From positions 128,001 through 192,000 of the forward strand of contig CAVTBV010000001.1 of NCBI GenBank assembly GCA_963733095.1: DNA of 64,000 bases, given 5' to 3'. The position numbers and the translations under genes are program-made. The first letter of the stretch is position 1; each line of letters begins with the position of its first letter. Under the pieces are notes generated by a model. The model saw only the letters and a list, made by a program, of their open reading frames with translations, was not told the DNA's origin and did no database searches. Shown piece by piece: positions 8,644-19,212 of this stretch. The DNA comes from Candidatus Bathyarchaeota archaeon (GTDB lineage: Archaea > Thermoproteota > Bathyarchaeia > Bathyarchaeales > Bathycorpusculaceae).

Positions 8644-11238
8644 ATGCAAAAAATAAAAAACAGAACTATTGCTATTTTGATTGCAACAATTTTAACAATT
8701 TCGATGGCAGCTTCAGTTATGCTAGTACCAAATACTAGCGCTCATACACCTGCATGGCAGATTCCGACGTATATGTTTGTTAGCGTAGCACCGGACCCTA
8801 TAGGTGTTGGACAGACAGTCAACGTTAACTTTTGGTGTAACGCACCTCCACCAACCGCAAGCGCACAGTATGGTGACAGATGGACAAACTTGACAGTAGT
8901 AATCACTAAACCTGATGGAAGCACACAAAAATTAGGCCCATTCAGTTCTGACGCAACCGGCGGCACAGTCACAACCTTTACTCCTGAAGCGGTCGGAAAC
9001 TATACGTTCCAAAGTTTCTTTGGAGGAGAAGTGCTACCTGGATTAAACAATCCTGTTCCGGGAACTATTTCAAACAATGCATTCGTTAACGATACCTTCC
9101 TACCCAGTTCGAGCAGTAAATTTATTCTAACCGTTCAGCAAGATCCAATTCCATACGAATCAGCTGCACCACTACCAACCAACTATTGGACCCGTCCAAT
9201 CTACGGTGAGAACAACGCTTGGTATACAATTGCAGGTAACTGGCTTGGTCTATCAGCATCAACCTTTGCAGCAACCGGCATGTACAGCACAATGTCAAAC
9301 TATAACCCTTACACAACAGCTCCAAACACTGCCCACTTGCTCTGGACAAAACCAGTAGCTTTTGGCGGTATAATCGGAGGCGAATTCGGTGGCAGTGAAA
9401 CAGGCAACTACTATTCGACTTCTCAATACGAACCAAAGTTCGCTCCAATTATTATGCAAGGTATTCTCTACTACAGCTTATACCCTGGATCATCAACATA
9501 TCCCCAAGGATGGACCGCAGTAGACCTACATACTGGAGAAACGATATGGACCAAAAACATCAACACTGAAGTTCTAAAATGCGGACAAATACTTCAAATG
9601 ATTACTCCTAACCAGTACGGCGCCCTCGCATATCTCTGGACTATCCCGGTGGCCGCAGCAGGCTATCAAGCAGCAGGACAATACATGTCAATGTACGATG
9701 CGATGACAGGCAACTACATACTAACTATTAAAAACACACCATCAATGCAACTTATTGAAGATGAACGCGGAAACTTGATAGGCTACTATGTCAACTCAAG
9801 CCAAGGTCAACGTTCACTCTCGGTTTGGAACTCCACCAGATGCATTAACCTAGTCGGAGCCAACTACGGTGGCGGCGGAGCAGTTGCAGATCAATGGATG
9901 TGGAGACCTCCATACAACACAACAATCGACTTCCAATTAGGCATACAAGATTCATGGCCCATAGTAACCTCAATTGACGGTGCACCTATCTCTCTGGGGC
10001 TTTCTTCTATTACTGACGGAGTGGCACTCATGACACAAGCAAGCGTTGCAGGCAGCTCTTTCTTCCAGAATGGATGGATAATCGAAGCAGGCTACGACCT
10101 TAGCACGGGACAAAAACTCTGGGGACCATTAAACCGCACAGAAATAGTGGATTCAAGAGTAATCTACGGCTCAACCACAGCAGGGAATGGAGTATGGGTA
10201 GAATTCGACGCAGCAGCACTAACAGCAACTGGATACAACCTACGCACGGGTGAAAAGGTTTGGGGTCCCGAAGCACTTCCAAACGTTAGTCCATACTCAT
10301 CTCTAGGCCAAAACAACGTAGTTGCTGACGGAATAATCTATGATTGGACTTACGGAGGGGACGTCTACGCTATTGACTTGGCCACAGGAACTTTCCTTTG
10401 GGAATACCATACACCTCCGGGAGGCTACGAATCACCCTACGGAATTGAGCCCTTATGGACTTTCACAGTGGGAACAATAGCTGATGGAAAGCTCTTCCTT
10501 CCGGAAGGACACATGTACAGTCCGCCACTTTTCCACAACGCGCAGCAGTTAGCCTTGAACATCACCAACGGAGAGGTCGTTTGGAGCATCGATGCGTTCG
10601 ACGTCACCAGTGCACCTGCTATCTCTGACGGAATCATGACGACACTGAACGCTTATGACAACCAAATCTACACTTGGGGTAAAGGCCCAAGCGCTATGAC
10701 TGTTACTGCACCCGATGTCGGCGTTACGACTGAAACTCCCATAACCATCCGTGGAACAATCATTGACAAATCCGCAGGCACACAACAACAAGCCCAAGCA
10801 GCAAACTTCCCCAACGGTGTACCATGCATCTCTGACGAAAGCCAAAGCCTATGGATGGAATACGTCTACATGCAACAACCATGTCCAAACAACGCAACCG
10901 GTGTCCCACTCACAATCAGTGTCTTAGACTCTAACGGAAACTTTAGACAAATCGGCAGCACCACAAGCGACGCCAGCGGCATGTTCAGCTTCACATGGAC
11001 ACCTGACATAACAGGCGATTACACCGTAGTCGCTAACTTTGCAGGAACAGAATCATATTATCCCTCCTCTGCAGAAACATCATTCTATGCCGGTGACCCA
11101 GCAGCAACAGCATCACCATACCCACAGATAACTCTCCCACCAACTGAAATGTACATCGCAGCCGCAGCAGCTGCAATGATAGTTGCAATCGCCATCGTTG
11201 GCGTTGTAATTCTCATGGCAGTTAAGAAACGAGCATAA
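8644..11238 (+). CDS. Secreted, membrane-anchored PQQ-like beta-propeller protein with Ig-like flanking domains
   Basis: Signal peptide, repeated AVDLHTGETIW/AIDLATGTFLW blades, C-terminal TM helix followed by KKRA. Confidence 0.85.
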   Translation: MQKIKNRTIAILIATILTISMAASVMLVPNTSAHTPAWQIPTYMFVSVAPDPIGVGQTVNVNFWCNAPPPTASAQYGDRWTNLTVVITKPDGSTQKLGPFSSDATGGTVTTFTPEAVGNYTFQSFFGGEVLPGLNNPVPGTISNNAFVNDTFLPSSSSKFILTVQQDPIPYESAAPLPTNYWTRPIYGENNAWYTIAGNWLGLSASTFAATGMYSTMSNYNPYTTAPNTAHLLWTKPVAFGGIIGGEFGGSETGNYYSTSQYEPKFAPIIMQGILYYSLYPGSSTYPQGWTAVDLHTGETIWTKNINTEVLKCGQILQMITPNQYGALAYLWTIPVAAAGYQAAGQYMSMYDAMTGNYILTIKNTPSMQLIEDERGNLIGYYVNSSQGQRSLSVWNSTRCINLVGANYGGGGAVADQWMWRPPYNTTIDFQLGIQDSWPIVTSIDGAPISLGLSSITDGVALMTQASVAGSSFFQNGWIIEAGYDLSTGQKLWGPLNRTEIVDSRVIYGSTTAGNGVWVEFDAAALTATGYNLRTGEKVWGPEALPNVSPYSSLGQNNVVADGIIYDWTYGGDVYAIDLATGTFLWEYHTPPGGYESPYGIEPLWTFTVGTIADGKLFLPEGHMYSPPLFHNAQQLALNITNGEVVWSIDAFDVTSAPAISDGIMTTLNAYDNQIYTWGKGPSAMTVTAPDVGVTTETPITIRGTIIDKSAGTQQQAQAANFPNGVPCISDESQSLWMEYVYMQQPCPNNATGVPLTISVLDSNGNFRQIGSTTSDASGMFSFTWTPDITGDYTVVANFAGTESYYPSSAETSFYAGDPAATASPYPQITLPPTEMYIAAAAAAMIVAIAIVGVVILMAVKKRA

Positions 11239-11381
11239 AAAACTACACAGCAAAAAACAATTTCCCTTTTCTTCTTTTTTTATTTTTCAAACAATCGATT
11301 CTTTAAGTTTGATTTGCGCAACAATTATTTTTCTGTAAGCATTAGCGTTTATATTGTGCGAATGGAGTAATCTCGTCGTAA

Positions 11382-11460
11382 GGGCTCGTCGTCTAGTACG
11401 GATTAGGGCACCGGCCTGCGGAGCCGGACGTCATGGGTTCAAATCCCATCGGGCCCGCCA
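11382..11460 (+). tRNA. tRNA-Arg(GCG), intronless, CCA encoded
   Basis: Acceptor GGGCTCG/CGGGCCC-G-CCA, anticodon arm CCGGC-CT GCG GA-GCCGG, T-arm ATGGG-TTCAAAT-CCCAT; upstream TTTATA box. Confidence 0.95.
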
Positions 11461-13847
11461 CCAACTTCTTTGAACTTTTTGTTTCTTAGGAGAAAGCGCC
11501 TTGAAGAAACCTGTATTTTCTTTGAAATTTGGTAGAGCAAACTGCTGATGGCGAGGGCGAAGGCTGGTAGAGCTGGCAGAATGTACCATGAAAGCTTCGT
11601 TTGCGCGAAAGTAAACACCAAAAGTACAATTAACATCCATACAAGAATTAATGCATCAGCCTTCACACGTTTAACAACCGCATTAAACACGCAAAGCCCT
11701 GCCGCAAAAGGCAAAAGAATAGCCCAAATAGCCTCATTTTTAGCTAAATAGGCAAAATAGAAAAAGTAGTTTCCAACGTGGCCCTCAATAGGGCTGACCG
11801 TTCGCATAAAGCCACAGTAAACGACAAACCAATGCCAGAAATTTGACCCAAAACTAAGAAACATGTAAACGAGCCAGGGAGAAAGAACCAGAAGCCCCAC
11901 CGCCCAAAAAAAGGTAAAATGCTTCGTGAAAACAAACCTTACACTTCTTTCCGTCACAATAAGATACCCAAAAACTATTAGCGGAATCAGCAAAGCCTCA
12001 ACCTGCTTTGTCAACAACGCCAAACCAAAAAATAATCCACCCAAAACCACATACCGCGTGGTTCTTTCAGCTTTCTCGCTTAAAACAAAAAAGTAAATGC
12101 TAGCCACGGTGAAAAAGACGAAGGGAACATCCGTCATAGCGTGCCTTGCAAACAAGTAGAATATGCTGAACGTTCCTAAAACTATAGCGGACACAAACCC
12201 AACGTAATTGTTGTAGAGTTTTTTTCCTAAAAGGAAAACCAAAATTAAAGTTAACGAGCCAAATATTGGACTCCATAGCCTTGTTGCAAAGTTGCTAACT
12301 CCGAAGGCTTGGTAGGCTAAAGACATCAACCACATAAACAGCGGAGGCTTCCCAACCCAAACTGCCAACCCCCCAAAAGCATACGGCGTAACATAATCTC
12401 CGCTCCTAACCATGTGGTACGCCCATTGCGAATATGTTTGCTCGTCAGCAGCCCAAAGAGGGCCTCTTCCAAGGTTTATGAAGAAAATGGTTGAAAAAGC
12501 TAGGAGTGCCAAAACGGCGAGAAAGTCGGTGTGAGCTGAAAACCAAGACTTCCAGTTGATTGGACCAATGTTGACTTGAGCCTTTCGTTTAGCCTGCCAA
12601 TTTAAGTAACCAAAACGTAGGATGACGAAAAAAATCGCTGCCGCCACTGCGAAGGCAATGGCGTCAAATGCAATTGAGGTCCAAGCTAATGTGTCAGTTG
12701 ATTGTAAGGGTAACTTTTCGGGGGCTGAGTCGGTTAGGGTTAAGGCGTAGATGTGGCAGTCGCTGGAGCCGATGAAAAGGGTGCCGTTTACGATGGCTGG
12801 CGATGAATCGACAATATTGCCCGTTGCGTAACTCCATGTTTTATTTCCTGTCAAAGCGTTGAAACAGTAAACGCGGTAGTCTTCAGAGCCCACATACACG
12901 TTACCGCCCCAAACTACAGGCGAGGACCGAACCCAATACCCAGTCGATGCCTGCCAAATTTTAAAGCCATTAGACGCATTAAGACAGTAAAGGTTGTTGT
13001 CTTCGGAGCCAACATAAATGCAACCATTAGCAGCGGCGGGGGAAGAATCCACGCAATCTTGGGTTTGGTAGCGCCAAATCTCGTTGCCGGTGGACGCGTT
13101 CAAGCTGCAAATGTACCCGTCGTATGAGCCTACATAAAGACATCCATTATAGATGCAGGGCGAGGAGATGACACTTCCTGTATGATACTTCCATAGTTCA
13201 TATCCTGTTGAAGCGTTTAGGGCATAAACACAAAAATCGTCTGTGGCAACATACACTATGCCTTCTGAGATAGCAGGCGATGAATCTGCACGTTTTGCTG
13301 TTGAAAAAGTCCAGATTAAACCACCATTTGAGGCGTTAAAACAAAAAATATCGTGCTTGCCAGAACCGATAAAGACGTGATCATCCACTACTGCTGGCGA
13401 AGAACGGACTTCCCCTCCAACAAACGATATCCAAACAGGCATTCCCGTGGCAATGTCCATGCAGTAAAGCCAGCCGTCGTTTGAACCCACATATACGTAT
13501 CCCTTGTAAATTGCGGGAGAAGAATCCACCTCACCCAAAGTTGTAAAGTTCCACAATAGATTCCCGTTGGAGGCGTTGAGACAATAAATTTGACCGTCCT
13601 TACCTCCTATAGCAACATAGCCGTCGACAACTGCTGGGGAAGACACCACGGGTGCTCTGGTAGAAAAATTCCAAATGAGACTGGGGTAATTTGCTGCATC
13701 GCCACCGGGTGCGTAGCCGGTGTGACTTGGGTCACGGCGGAACATCGACCAGTCGTCGGTGCTTGCCGCTGAGGCTACCGATAGGTAGTAAGCTTGAATA
13801 AGTAGCAATAAAATGAGTACAGTTAGTATCCACTTTGTTTTTATCAT
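11439..13847 (-). CDS. Fusion of PQQ/BamB-like beta-propeller and GT-C (ArnT/PMT-like) glycosyltransferase
   Basis: Signal peptide, WSMFRRDPSHTG, about 8 SSPA..G.VYVGS.D..LYCLNASNG repeats; then multi-TM region with DEQTY, KPPLFMWL, RLWS, ARHAMTD, KLSWYILP motifs. Confidence 0.85.
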   Translation of the reverse strand: MIKTKWILTVLILLLLIQAYYLSVASAASTDDWSMFRRDPSHTGYAPGGDAANYPSLIWNFSTRAPVVSSPAVVDGYVAIGGKDGQIYCLNASNGNLLWNFTTLGEVDSSPAIYKGYVYVGSNDGWLYCMDIATGMPVWISFVGGEVRSSPAVVDDHVFIGSGKHDIFCFNASNGGLIWTFSTAKRADSSPAISEGIVYVATDDFCVYALNASTGYELWKYHTGSVISSPCIYNGCLYVGSYDGYICSLNASTGNEIWRYQTQDCVDSSPAAANGCIYVGSEDNNLYCLNASNGFKIWQASTGYWVRSSPVVWGGNVYVGSEDYRVYCFNALTGNKTWSYATGNIVDSSPAIVNGTLFIGSSDCHIYALTLTDSAPEKLPLQSTDTLAWTSIAFDAIAFAVAAAIFFVILRFGYLNWQAKRKAQVNIGPINWKSWFSAHTDFLAVLALLAFSTIFFINLGRGPLWAADEQTYSQWAYHMVRSGDYVTPYAFGGLAVWVGKPPLFMWLMSLAYQAFGVSNFATRLWSPIFGSLTLILVFLLGKKLYNNYVGFVSAIVLGTFSIFYLFARHAMTDVPFVFFTVASIYFFVLSEKAERTTRYVVLGGLFFGLALLTKQVEALLIPLIVFGYLIVTERSVRFVFTKHFTFFWAVGLLVLSPWLVYMFLSFGSNFWHWFVVYCGFMRTVSPIEGHVGNYFFYFAYLAKNEAIWAILLPFAAGLCVFNAVVKRVKADALILVWMLIVLLVFTFAQTKLSWYILPALPAFALAISSLLYQISKKIQVSSRRFLLRNKKFKEVGGGPDGI

Positions 13848-14056
13848 TTCATAAGCAAATAATCTCTTTTGATGTGCAGAAATATATTAAACTATTGAAT
13901 TCAGCAATTATCGAACGATTCAGTTCCAAAATGCAATTATTTTTTTGTGATTAGAGACAGAGTAATTTGAGGTTTTCTCTGTTCTGTAACGTTCAACCTA
14001 AAGACTTCTATCAAGAATTGACAATTATTGTACAAATAAAATGAAGGATTGTGGTT

Positions 14057-14740
14057 TTATTCTCTGCTTGAGAGCACTATTATATAGTCTGCCGTGTCAG
14101 CACACATATCTGCTGCTTGCTCGATGAACTCGATTAAGTCGTCGAAGATTACCATTGCTCCACAGTTTATGCTTACGCCGTACTTGACGAATAGGCTTTT
14201 GGCTTTGAGGTATTCAACGTCGATTGCATGTTCGATGTCGCCGACGGCTTTTGCTTCTTTTATGGCTTCGTTGGGGTTGGATGAGATTTTTTCGATGGCG
14301 TTTCTTAGGGTTTGAGCTGTCTCCACTAGTTTGGACGTCATTAAAAAGGTCTTCTGAGAGAGTTCCTGGGGAATTTCGGCTTCGCCAAGCATTTCAAGGC
14401 ATCTGGCAGCATCTTTAGTGTGATCTGCCAATGTATCTAAACGCTTAACAAGATGCAATAGGTCTTCGCGATAATCAGAAACCAGTGCCGCTCCCTTAGA
14501 TAACTCCATGAAAGTGTCTGTTCTGAGTTGGTCAACTTCCTCTTCAGCTTTGTAGAGGTTTTCAATGTACTTTTTGGTTTCTTTAAAGTTCTTCTCCGAA
14601 AAGCTTTTAGTTGCTTTCTGAAGCCACGTTACCGTGTCAAAAGCCTTCGTTATTTGTTCGTGAGCAAGTTCTAAGCCTCTGGTCTTGCGGCGTTGTTCAA
14701 ACCAATCGTAACTTTTTTTCTCCACCAACAGCATCTCCAT
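14057..14740 (-). CDS. DUF47/PhoU-like phosphate transport regulator
   Basis: Two helical repeats EEEVDQLR...REDLLHL...DTLAD and EHAID...EQAADMCADTAD. Confidence 0.85.
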   Translation of the reverse strand: MEMLLVEKKSYDWFEQRRKTRGLELAHEQITKAFDTVTWLQKATKSFSEKNFKETKKYIENLYKAEEEVDQLRTDTFMELSKGAALVSDYREDLLHLVKRLDTLADHTKDAARCLEMLGEAEIPQELSQKTFLMTSKLVETAQTLRNAIEKISSNPNEAIKEAKAVGDIEHAIDVEYLKAKSLFVKYGVSINCGAMVIFDDLIEFIEQAADMCADTADYIIVLSSRE

Positions 14741-15126
14741 TTGTTAAACGATAATTACTCAAGTTTGCAGATATAACCCTTCTCTTAATATGGCGTTCAC
14801 TAATTGCTTTAACAATCATTTCTTCACTGCCAATAGCTGTTTTTTGTTAGGTTAAGCAGACATCGATCGCTAAGAGCCAATCTAGAATGTCGGCTTTTTC
14901 AGCTTTCGCTTGCTTTTCACTATTTATCTTTTGTTTCAACATTTTTCCCTCAGACAACAAATCCTTGATTGTATGTGACTGAAGTACCCTGGCGTTTCCG
15001 GTTTTGGTTTTTGTTTTCTTGTTTCCTATTTTGCATAGACCGTACGCTCAAACAAGAACTTCTTTATCTACCTATTTAGAATATCCAATATACTCTAAAG
15101 AGAACACTTTAGACTATATTGCAGAT

Positions 15127-16044
15127 TTAATCTTCTAGAACAACTTTTGCCAACGCAACTTTGTCTTCTAAACTATTCATCACAGTATTAGTTACCTTTA
15201 CTTTGACCCCCAGTTTTTCAATTCTGCTCGTTTCACCGGAATCCTTTACGTCAATGATGAAGGTGTCGAGGAAATCGGAGTAAAACCTGGCAACCCCAAA
15301 CGCAGAAACCTCGACACCTAAAGCACGTAGCATCTTGTCCGCTGGACCCTTAATGGGCAGACCTGCAACAATGGGGCTAACTCCCACTACTCTGGCACTT
15401 GTCCGTCTCAACGCCTCTCTCACTCCATCAACTGACAAAATAGTGCCGATACTAACAATGGGGTTGCTGGGGCAAACAATAACCGTCTTTGCCTCCAGGA
15501 TTGCATTCAGGACTCCCGACGAAGGTTTCGCTGTAGTTGCACCGACAAACTCAATGCCTAATACCTCGTCTTTGCATTGCCTTCGAACGAAGTATTCTTC
15601 AAAATGCATCGCGCCATTGCTCGTAGTTACTCTTGTTTCAAACCTATCGTTGGACATCGGTAAAATTTTGGTTTTAATCCCTAAACTGCGGCAGACCTCC
15701 TCGGTGATTTGTGATAACATTGCGCCTTGCTTTAAGCGGTAAGTTCTGTACAGGTGAGTTGCTAAGTCCTTGTCCCCCAGGTTAAACCATGCGTCTAAGC
15801 CGCGGTTTTTTAGCATTTCGAGGCAATGGAAGGTATCTCCCTTTACTCCCCACCCTTTTGCTTCATCAACGATGCCAGCCAAAGTGTAAGTGACTATGTC
15901 TACATCAGGCGAAATGTGTAAACTGAACAGTTCAATGTCATCGCCCGTGTTCACAATAACCGACAAGTCTTCCTCTTTGATAATTTTTGTTAAGCCTGTT
16001 AGGAATCTAGCTGCGCCTACTCCCCCTGCCAAAGCCGCAATCAA
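15127..16044 (-). CDS. cofD: 2-phospho-L-lactate transferase (F420 biosynthesis)
   Basis: LAGGVGAARFL, VNTGDD, ISPDVD, WFNLGDKD, PSNPIVSIG, KGPADKM. Confidence 0.95.
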   Translation of the reverse strand: MIAALAGGVGAARFLTGLTKIIKEEDLSVIVNTGDDIELFSLHISPDVDIVTYTLAGIVDEAKGWGVKGDTFHCLEMLKNRGLDAWFNLGDKDLATHLYRTYRLKQGAMLSQITEEVCRSLGIKTKILPMSNDRFETRVTTSNGAMHFEEYFVRRQCKDEVLGIEFVGATTAKPSSGVLNAILEAKTVIVCPSNPIVSIGTILSVDGVREALRRTSARVVGVSPIVAGLPIKGPADKMLRALGVEVSAFGVARFYSDFLDTFIIDVKDSGETSRIEKLGVKVKVTNTVMNSLEDKVALAKVVLED

Positions 16045-16059
16045 GATGTCACATCCAGT

Positions 16060-16527
16060 TTAGGGATGATGGCTTTCTTTTTCTGAAACCCAATATTCGG
16101 ATGCATCGCCTTGATTTGTGATTATGTGTTCTTTTTTGAAGACTGGCACTTCGCTCTTGTACCTCTCAACGGCTTCCCTCAAGACGGGAAAAACGTCTGT
16201 TCGGTGTGCACCTGCAACGGCAACATAAACCAAGTCATCGCCCACTTTGAATTCGCCGAGGAGATGATGGATTTGAACGTTTACGACTCCAGGTTTTTCA
16301 GATAATTCTTTACTTATTTTTGTAAGCACTTGGTCAGCTTTTTCCTCATAAGCTTCTATAGTGAGTTTTTCAACTTTTTCTTTTTCAGACTCAAGAGTCT
16401 CCCCCCGTACTACACCAATAAAAAGTCCGATGGCACCAGCTTTTGGGTAGTTGGGATCTTTTTTGATGTTATCTATAGCATCTTGGGCGTTGAAGGTTCC
16501 TTTTTCATGAACACCCGCATTGGTCAA
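16060..16527 (-). CDS. moaE: Molybdopterin synthase catalytic subunit
   Basis: GAIGLFIGVVRG, HHLLGEFKVG, AGAHR, VPVFKKE. Confidence 0.92.
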   Translation of the reverse strand: MTNAGVHEKGTFNAQDAIDNIKKDPNYPKAGAIGLFIGVVRGETLESEKEKVEKLTIEAYEEKADQVLTKISKELSEKPGVVNVQIHHLLGEFKVGDDLVYVAVAGAHRTDVFPVLREAVERYKSEVPVFKKEHIITNQGDASEYWVSEKESHHP

Positions 16528-16612
16528 AACTTGTGCTCTCCTGAATAGAAAATACTAAGAGTTCTATCTAAAACTGTTTACGGTTAAAAAAATAAAAATT
16601 AAAAAATTGTGT

Positions 16613-17254
16613 TTATGCTTCAGCTGCAACTGGTGCAGGTGCTGCTTCTACTGGTGCTTCTGGCAGTTTTGCTGGCGCAGAGATGAGCTTAGATTTTCTT
16701 ATGCCGACGTGTCTTAGTGGTGCAACGAGTTTAGCTTGGTTATAGATGTCTGAAGCGATTTTTCCGAGGACCATTTCCTGAACGAACTGGTCAAGGGTTA
16801 ATGCGGCAGCTTTTTCTTTGATGGTTTTCTGCATCATGTTGCGGATGATTTTTTCCTGCGAGGTCTTTATTCTTGAAAGCGTTAGGGCTGAAACTGCGAT
16901 TCTGAGTTTGTAACCGTCTTTTGTGGTTAAGTTGAATAACCCATCAACTTTAGTGGTTCTCCTTCTAACTAAACTGCGGAGGTAGTCTCGTGAGTATTCA
17001 TGACCCTTGAAGAGTGTTCTTGCGGATTTACCTTCTATCTCGTTTATCTGGAAGAACATTTTGAGGTAATGATGAGAAAAGTCACCTGTAATATCGTATA
17101 GGGTTGCTTCGACAACTCTGCCGATCATCTGTTGTTCTTCTTGTGCAGGTATCGAACCTAACTCTATGTTACCAAAGAACGATGGCGCAACTACCATGTA
17201 CCAGGATTTTCCACGCCACTTATCGCGTATATGCTTTGCTGATTTTGAAGACAA
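16613..17254 (-). CDS. rps3ae: 30S ribosomal protein S3Ae (eS1)
   Basis: DKWRGKSWY, GRVVEATLYDITGD, RDYLRSLVRR. Confidence 0.96.
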   Translation of the reverse strand: MSSKSAKHIRDKWRGKSWYMVVAPSFFGNIELGSIPAQEEQQMIGRVVEATLYDITGDFSHHYLKMFFQINEIEGKSARTLFKGHEYSRDYLRSLVRRRTTKVDGLFNLTTKDGYKLRIAVSALTLSRIKTSQEKIIRNMMQKTIKEKAAALTLDQFVQEMVLGKIASDIYNQAKLVAPLRHVGIRKSKLISAPAKLPEAPVEAAPAPVAAEA

Positions 17255-17304
17255 GCTTATTTCTCCAAGCGTGCCACAAGATTCTCAACGAAATATTAAA
17301 AGGT

Positions 17305-18594
17305 TTATGGCTTTTTACTTATTTTCTCTCTGCCACCCATGTACTTTCTTAACGCTTCAGGTACGTTTACTGTTCCATCTTCATTCTGGTTGTTCTCCAA
17401 CAACGCAACAATGGTTCTACCGGTGGCAACAGCGGTCGAATTCAAAGTGTGCACAACGCCTTTGGGTGCAGCGCCTTCTTTTTCTCGATACTTGATTCCT
17501 AACCGTCTGCCCTGATAGTCAGTGCAGTTACTGCAGGAAACCACTTCGCGATAGCCATTCTGCGCTGGCATCCACGCTTCAATGTCATATTTTTTCGCTG
17601 CTACAGTCCCGATGTCACCTGTACAAACGTTTACAACCCTGTAGGGTAAACCGATTTTCTGCAGCAATTCTTCAGCGTTTTGGAGGAGTTCTTCGTGGAG
17701 TTTGGGTGAGTCTTCGGGTTTGCAGAAGATAAATTGCTCGATTTTGTTGAATTGGTGAGTGCGAAAGATGCCACGTGTATCTTTTCCGTGTGCACCTGCT
17801 TCTTTACGAAAACAAGTGCTTATGCCAGCAAGTTTTACGGGCATTTCTTGTTCTTTTAGGGTTTCATTCATGAGCATTGCTGCCATTGGATGCTCGGATG
17901 TGGCAATTAAGTAAAGGTCCTCATTTTCAACCTTGTAGAGGACTTCTTCAAAGTCTCCCAGTGCAGTGACTCCTTCGTAGGCTTCTCTTGTCATTAACAA
18001 TGGCGGAACAATTGCGGTGTATCCTTTTTTTGAGAGCTCTTCGATTGCAAAGACCATGAGAGCCATGTCTAACATTGCGACTTCGTTTTTTAGGTAGAAA
18101 AACCTTGAACCCGAGACTTTTCCAGCGCGGTCCATGTCGATTAAGTCAAGGTTTAGGGCTAAGTCGATGTGGTTTTTTATCGGAAAAGTAAACCCTGGGA
18201 TTGTTCCCCAAGTCTTTACCTGTACGTTATCGTTTGAGTCTTTTCCCACAGGAACTGAATCTTCCAGTAGGTTTGGTAATCGCATGAGGTAATCGTGGAT
18301 TTTCTGTTCTTGCTCGGCTACCTGTTTTTCCATCAACTTTATTTTTTGGTCGATGTCTTGTGCCCTTGTGAATTCGTCCGTGGCTTCTTTGCCAGTTTTT
18401 TTGAGTTTAGCGATTTCTATAGTGACTATTTTTCGGTCATGGCGCAGCTCGTTTAGTTTGGTGTTGTTCAACCGCCACTCCTTATCAACCACCGTCAACA
18501 TTTCGAGCATCTGGAGGACTTCGGGGTTGCCACGTTTGGCCAAATTAGCCTTTACAAGTTCAGGTTTCTCGCGGATAAGCTTGATATCTAACAT
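17305..18594 (-). CDS. serS: Seryl-tRNA synthetase
   Basis: MLDIKLIRE, TSEHP, FRKEAG, HQFNKIEQF, EVVSCSNCTDYQ, HTLNSTA. Confidence 0.97.
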   Translation of the reverse strand: MLDIKLIREKPELVKANLAKRGNPEVLQMLEMLTVVDKEWRLNNTKLNELRHDRKIVTIEIAKLKKTGKEATDEFTRAQDIDQKIKLMEKQVAEQEQKIHDYLMRLPNLLEDSVPVGKDSNDNVQVKTWGTIPGFTFPIKNHIDLALNLDLIDMDRAGKVSGSRFFYLKNEVAMLDMALMVFAIEELSKKGYTAIVPPLLMTREAYEGVTALGDFEEVLYKVENEDLYLIATSEHPMAAMLMNETLKEQEMPVKLAGISTCFRKEAGAHGKDTRGIFRTHQFNKIEQFIFCKPEDSPKLHEELLQNAEELLQKIGLPYRVVNVCTGDIGTVAAKKYDIEAWMPAQNGYREVVSCSNCTDYQGRRLGIKYREKEGAAPKGVVHTLNSTAVATGRTIVALLENNQNEDGTVNVPEALRKYMGGREKISKKP

Positions 18595-18746
18595 GTTCTC
18601 ACACGGGATAATTCTCTACTAACAAAAACAGCTATTTAACTTTACGATACAAACAACAATTCAAACAGTGATGTGTGAAAACACCGCGTAGTTACTAAAA
18701 AATGAAAGAAGATTGGGAAATGGTTTCTAAAATTTTGTTGTCCAGT

Positions 18747-19037
18747 CTATTTTTTGGATAGAGTTATCTCCATCGTGGAAACCATTCTGGACTTGTTCTC
18801 TCCCTCACGAGGTGGCATCTCGGCTGTCCCGATAGCAATCTTGCTAACTGTTAGGTCTTTAATGAACCGGTTCCTTGCGATTTCAGCTACGTCAACAGCG
18901 GTGGTTATGGCTTGGCCTCTTGCTTTCAGAGTGATTTCGTTTAGGTTTCCTGCAGAGAGGCTTGTGATGATTGCCAGAACATAACTCATTGGGGGTTTGT
19001 TTCCGACGAAGATTACGTCATTTGCTTTTTCCGTCAT
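18747..19037 (-). CDS. albA: DNA/RNA-binding protein Alba
   Basis: VGNKPPMSYVLA, LKARGQAITTAVDVAEI, VSTMEI. Confidence 0.96.
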   Translation of the reverse strand: MTEKANDVIFVGNKPPMSYVLAIITSLSAGNLNEITLKARGQAITTAVDVAEIARNRFIKDLTVSKIAIGTAEMPPREGENKSRMVSTMEITLSKK

Positions 19038-19212
19038 TTTGTTTTACTCCTTTTGTTTGCTTTGTGTAACGTTGCTGCTTTGCGCTCTGTGCGCGACAGA
19101 ACGTCACTGCCAAAATATGCAGATTCACCCTTATAAGTCCATTGAAAAACCCTCTTCAAGGAACAACCGTTCAACAAAAGAGTAAGAAAGGCTTTTCTAC
19201 AGCCACCCCCTA

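Noticed and set aside
8233-8738. ORFs 8233-8649 (-) and 8538-8738 (+)
   Set aside because: AT-rich intergenic sequence overlapping real genes, with no motifs
8644-11238. Calling the propeller protein a PQQ-dependent dehydrogenase
   Set aside because: Only blade repeats are visible and no catalytic quinoprotein motifs were identified
14780-15060. Short ORFs between the DUF47 gene and cofD
   Set aside because: Only fragments of about 30 aa without motifs
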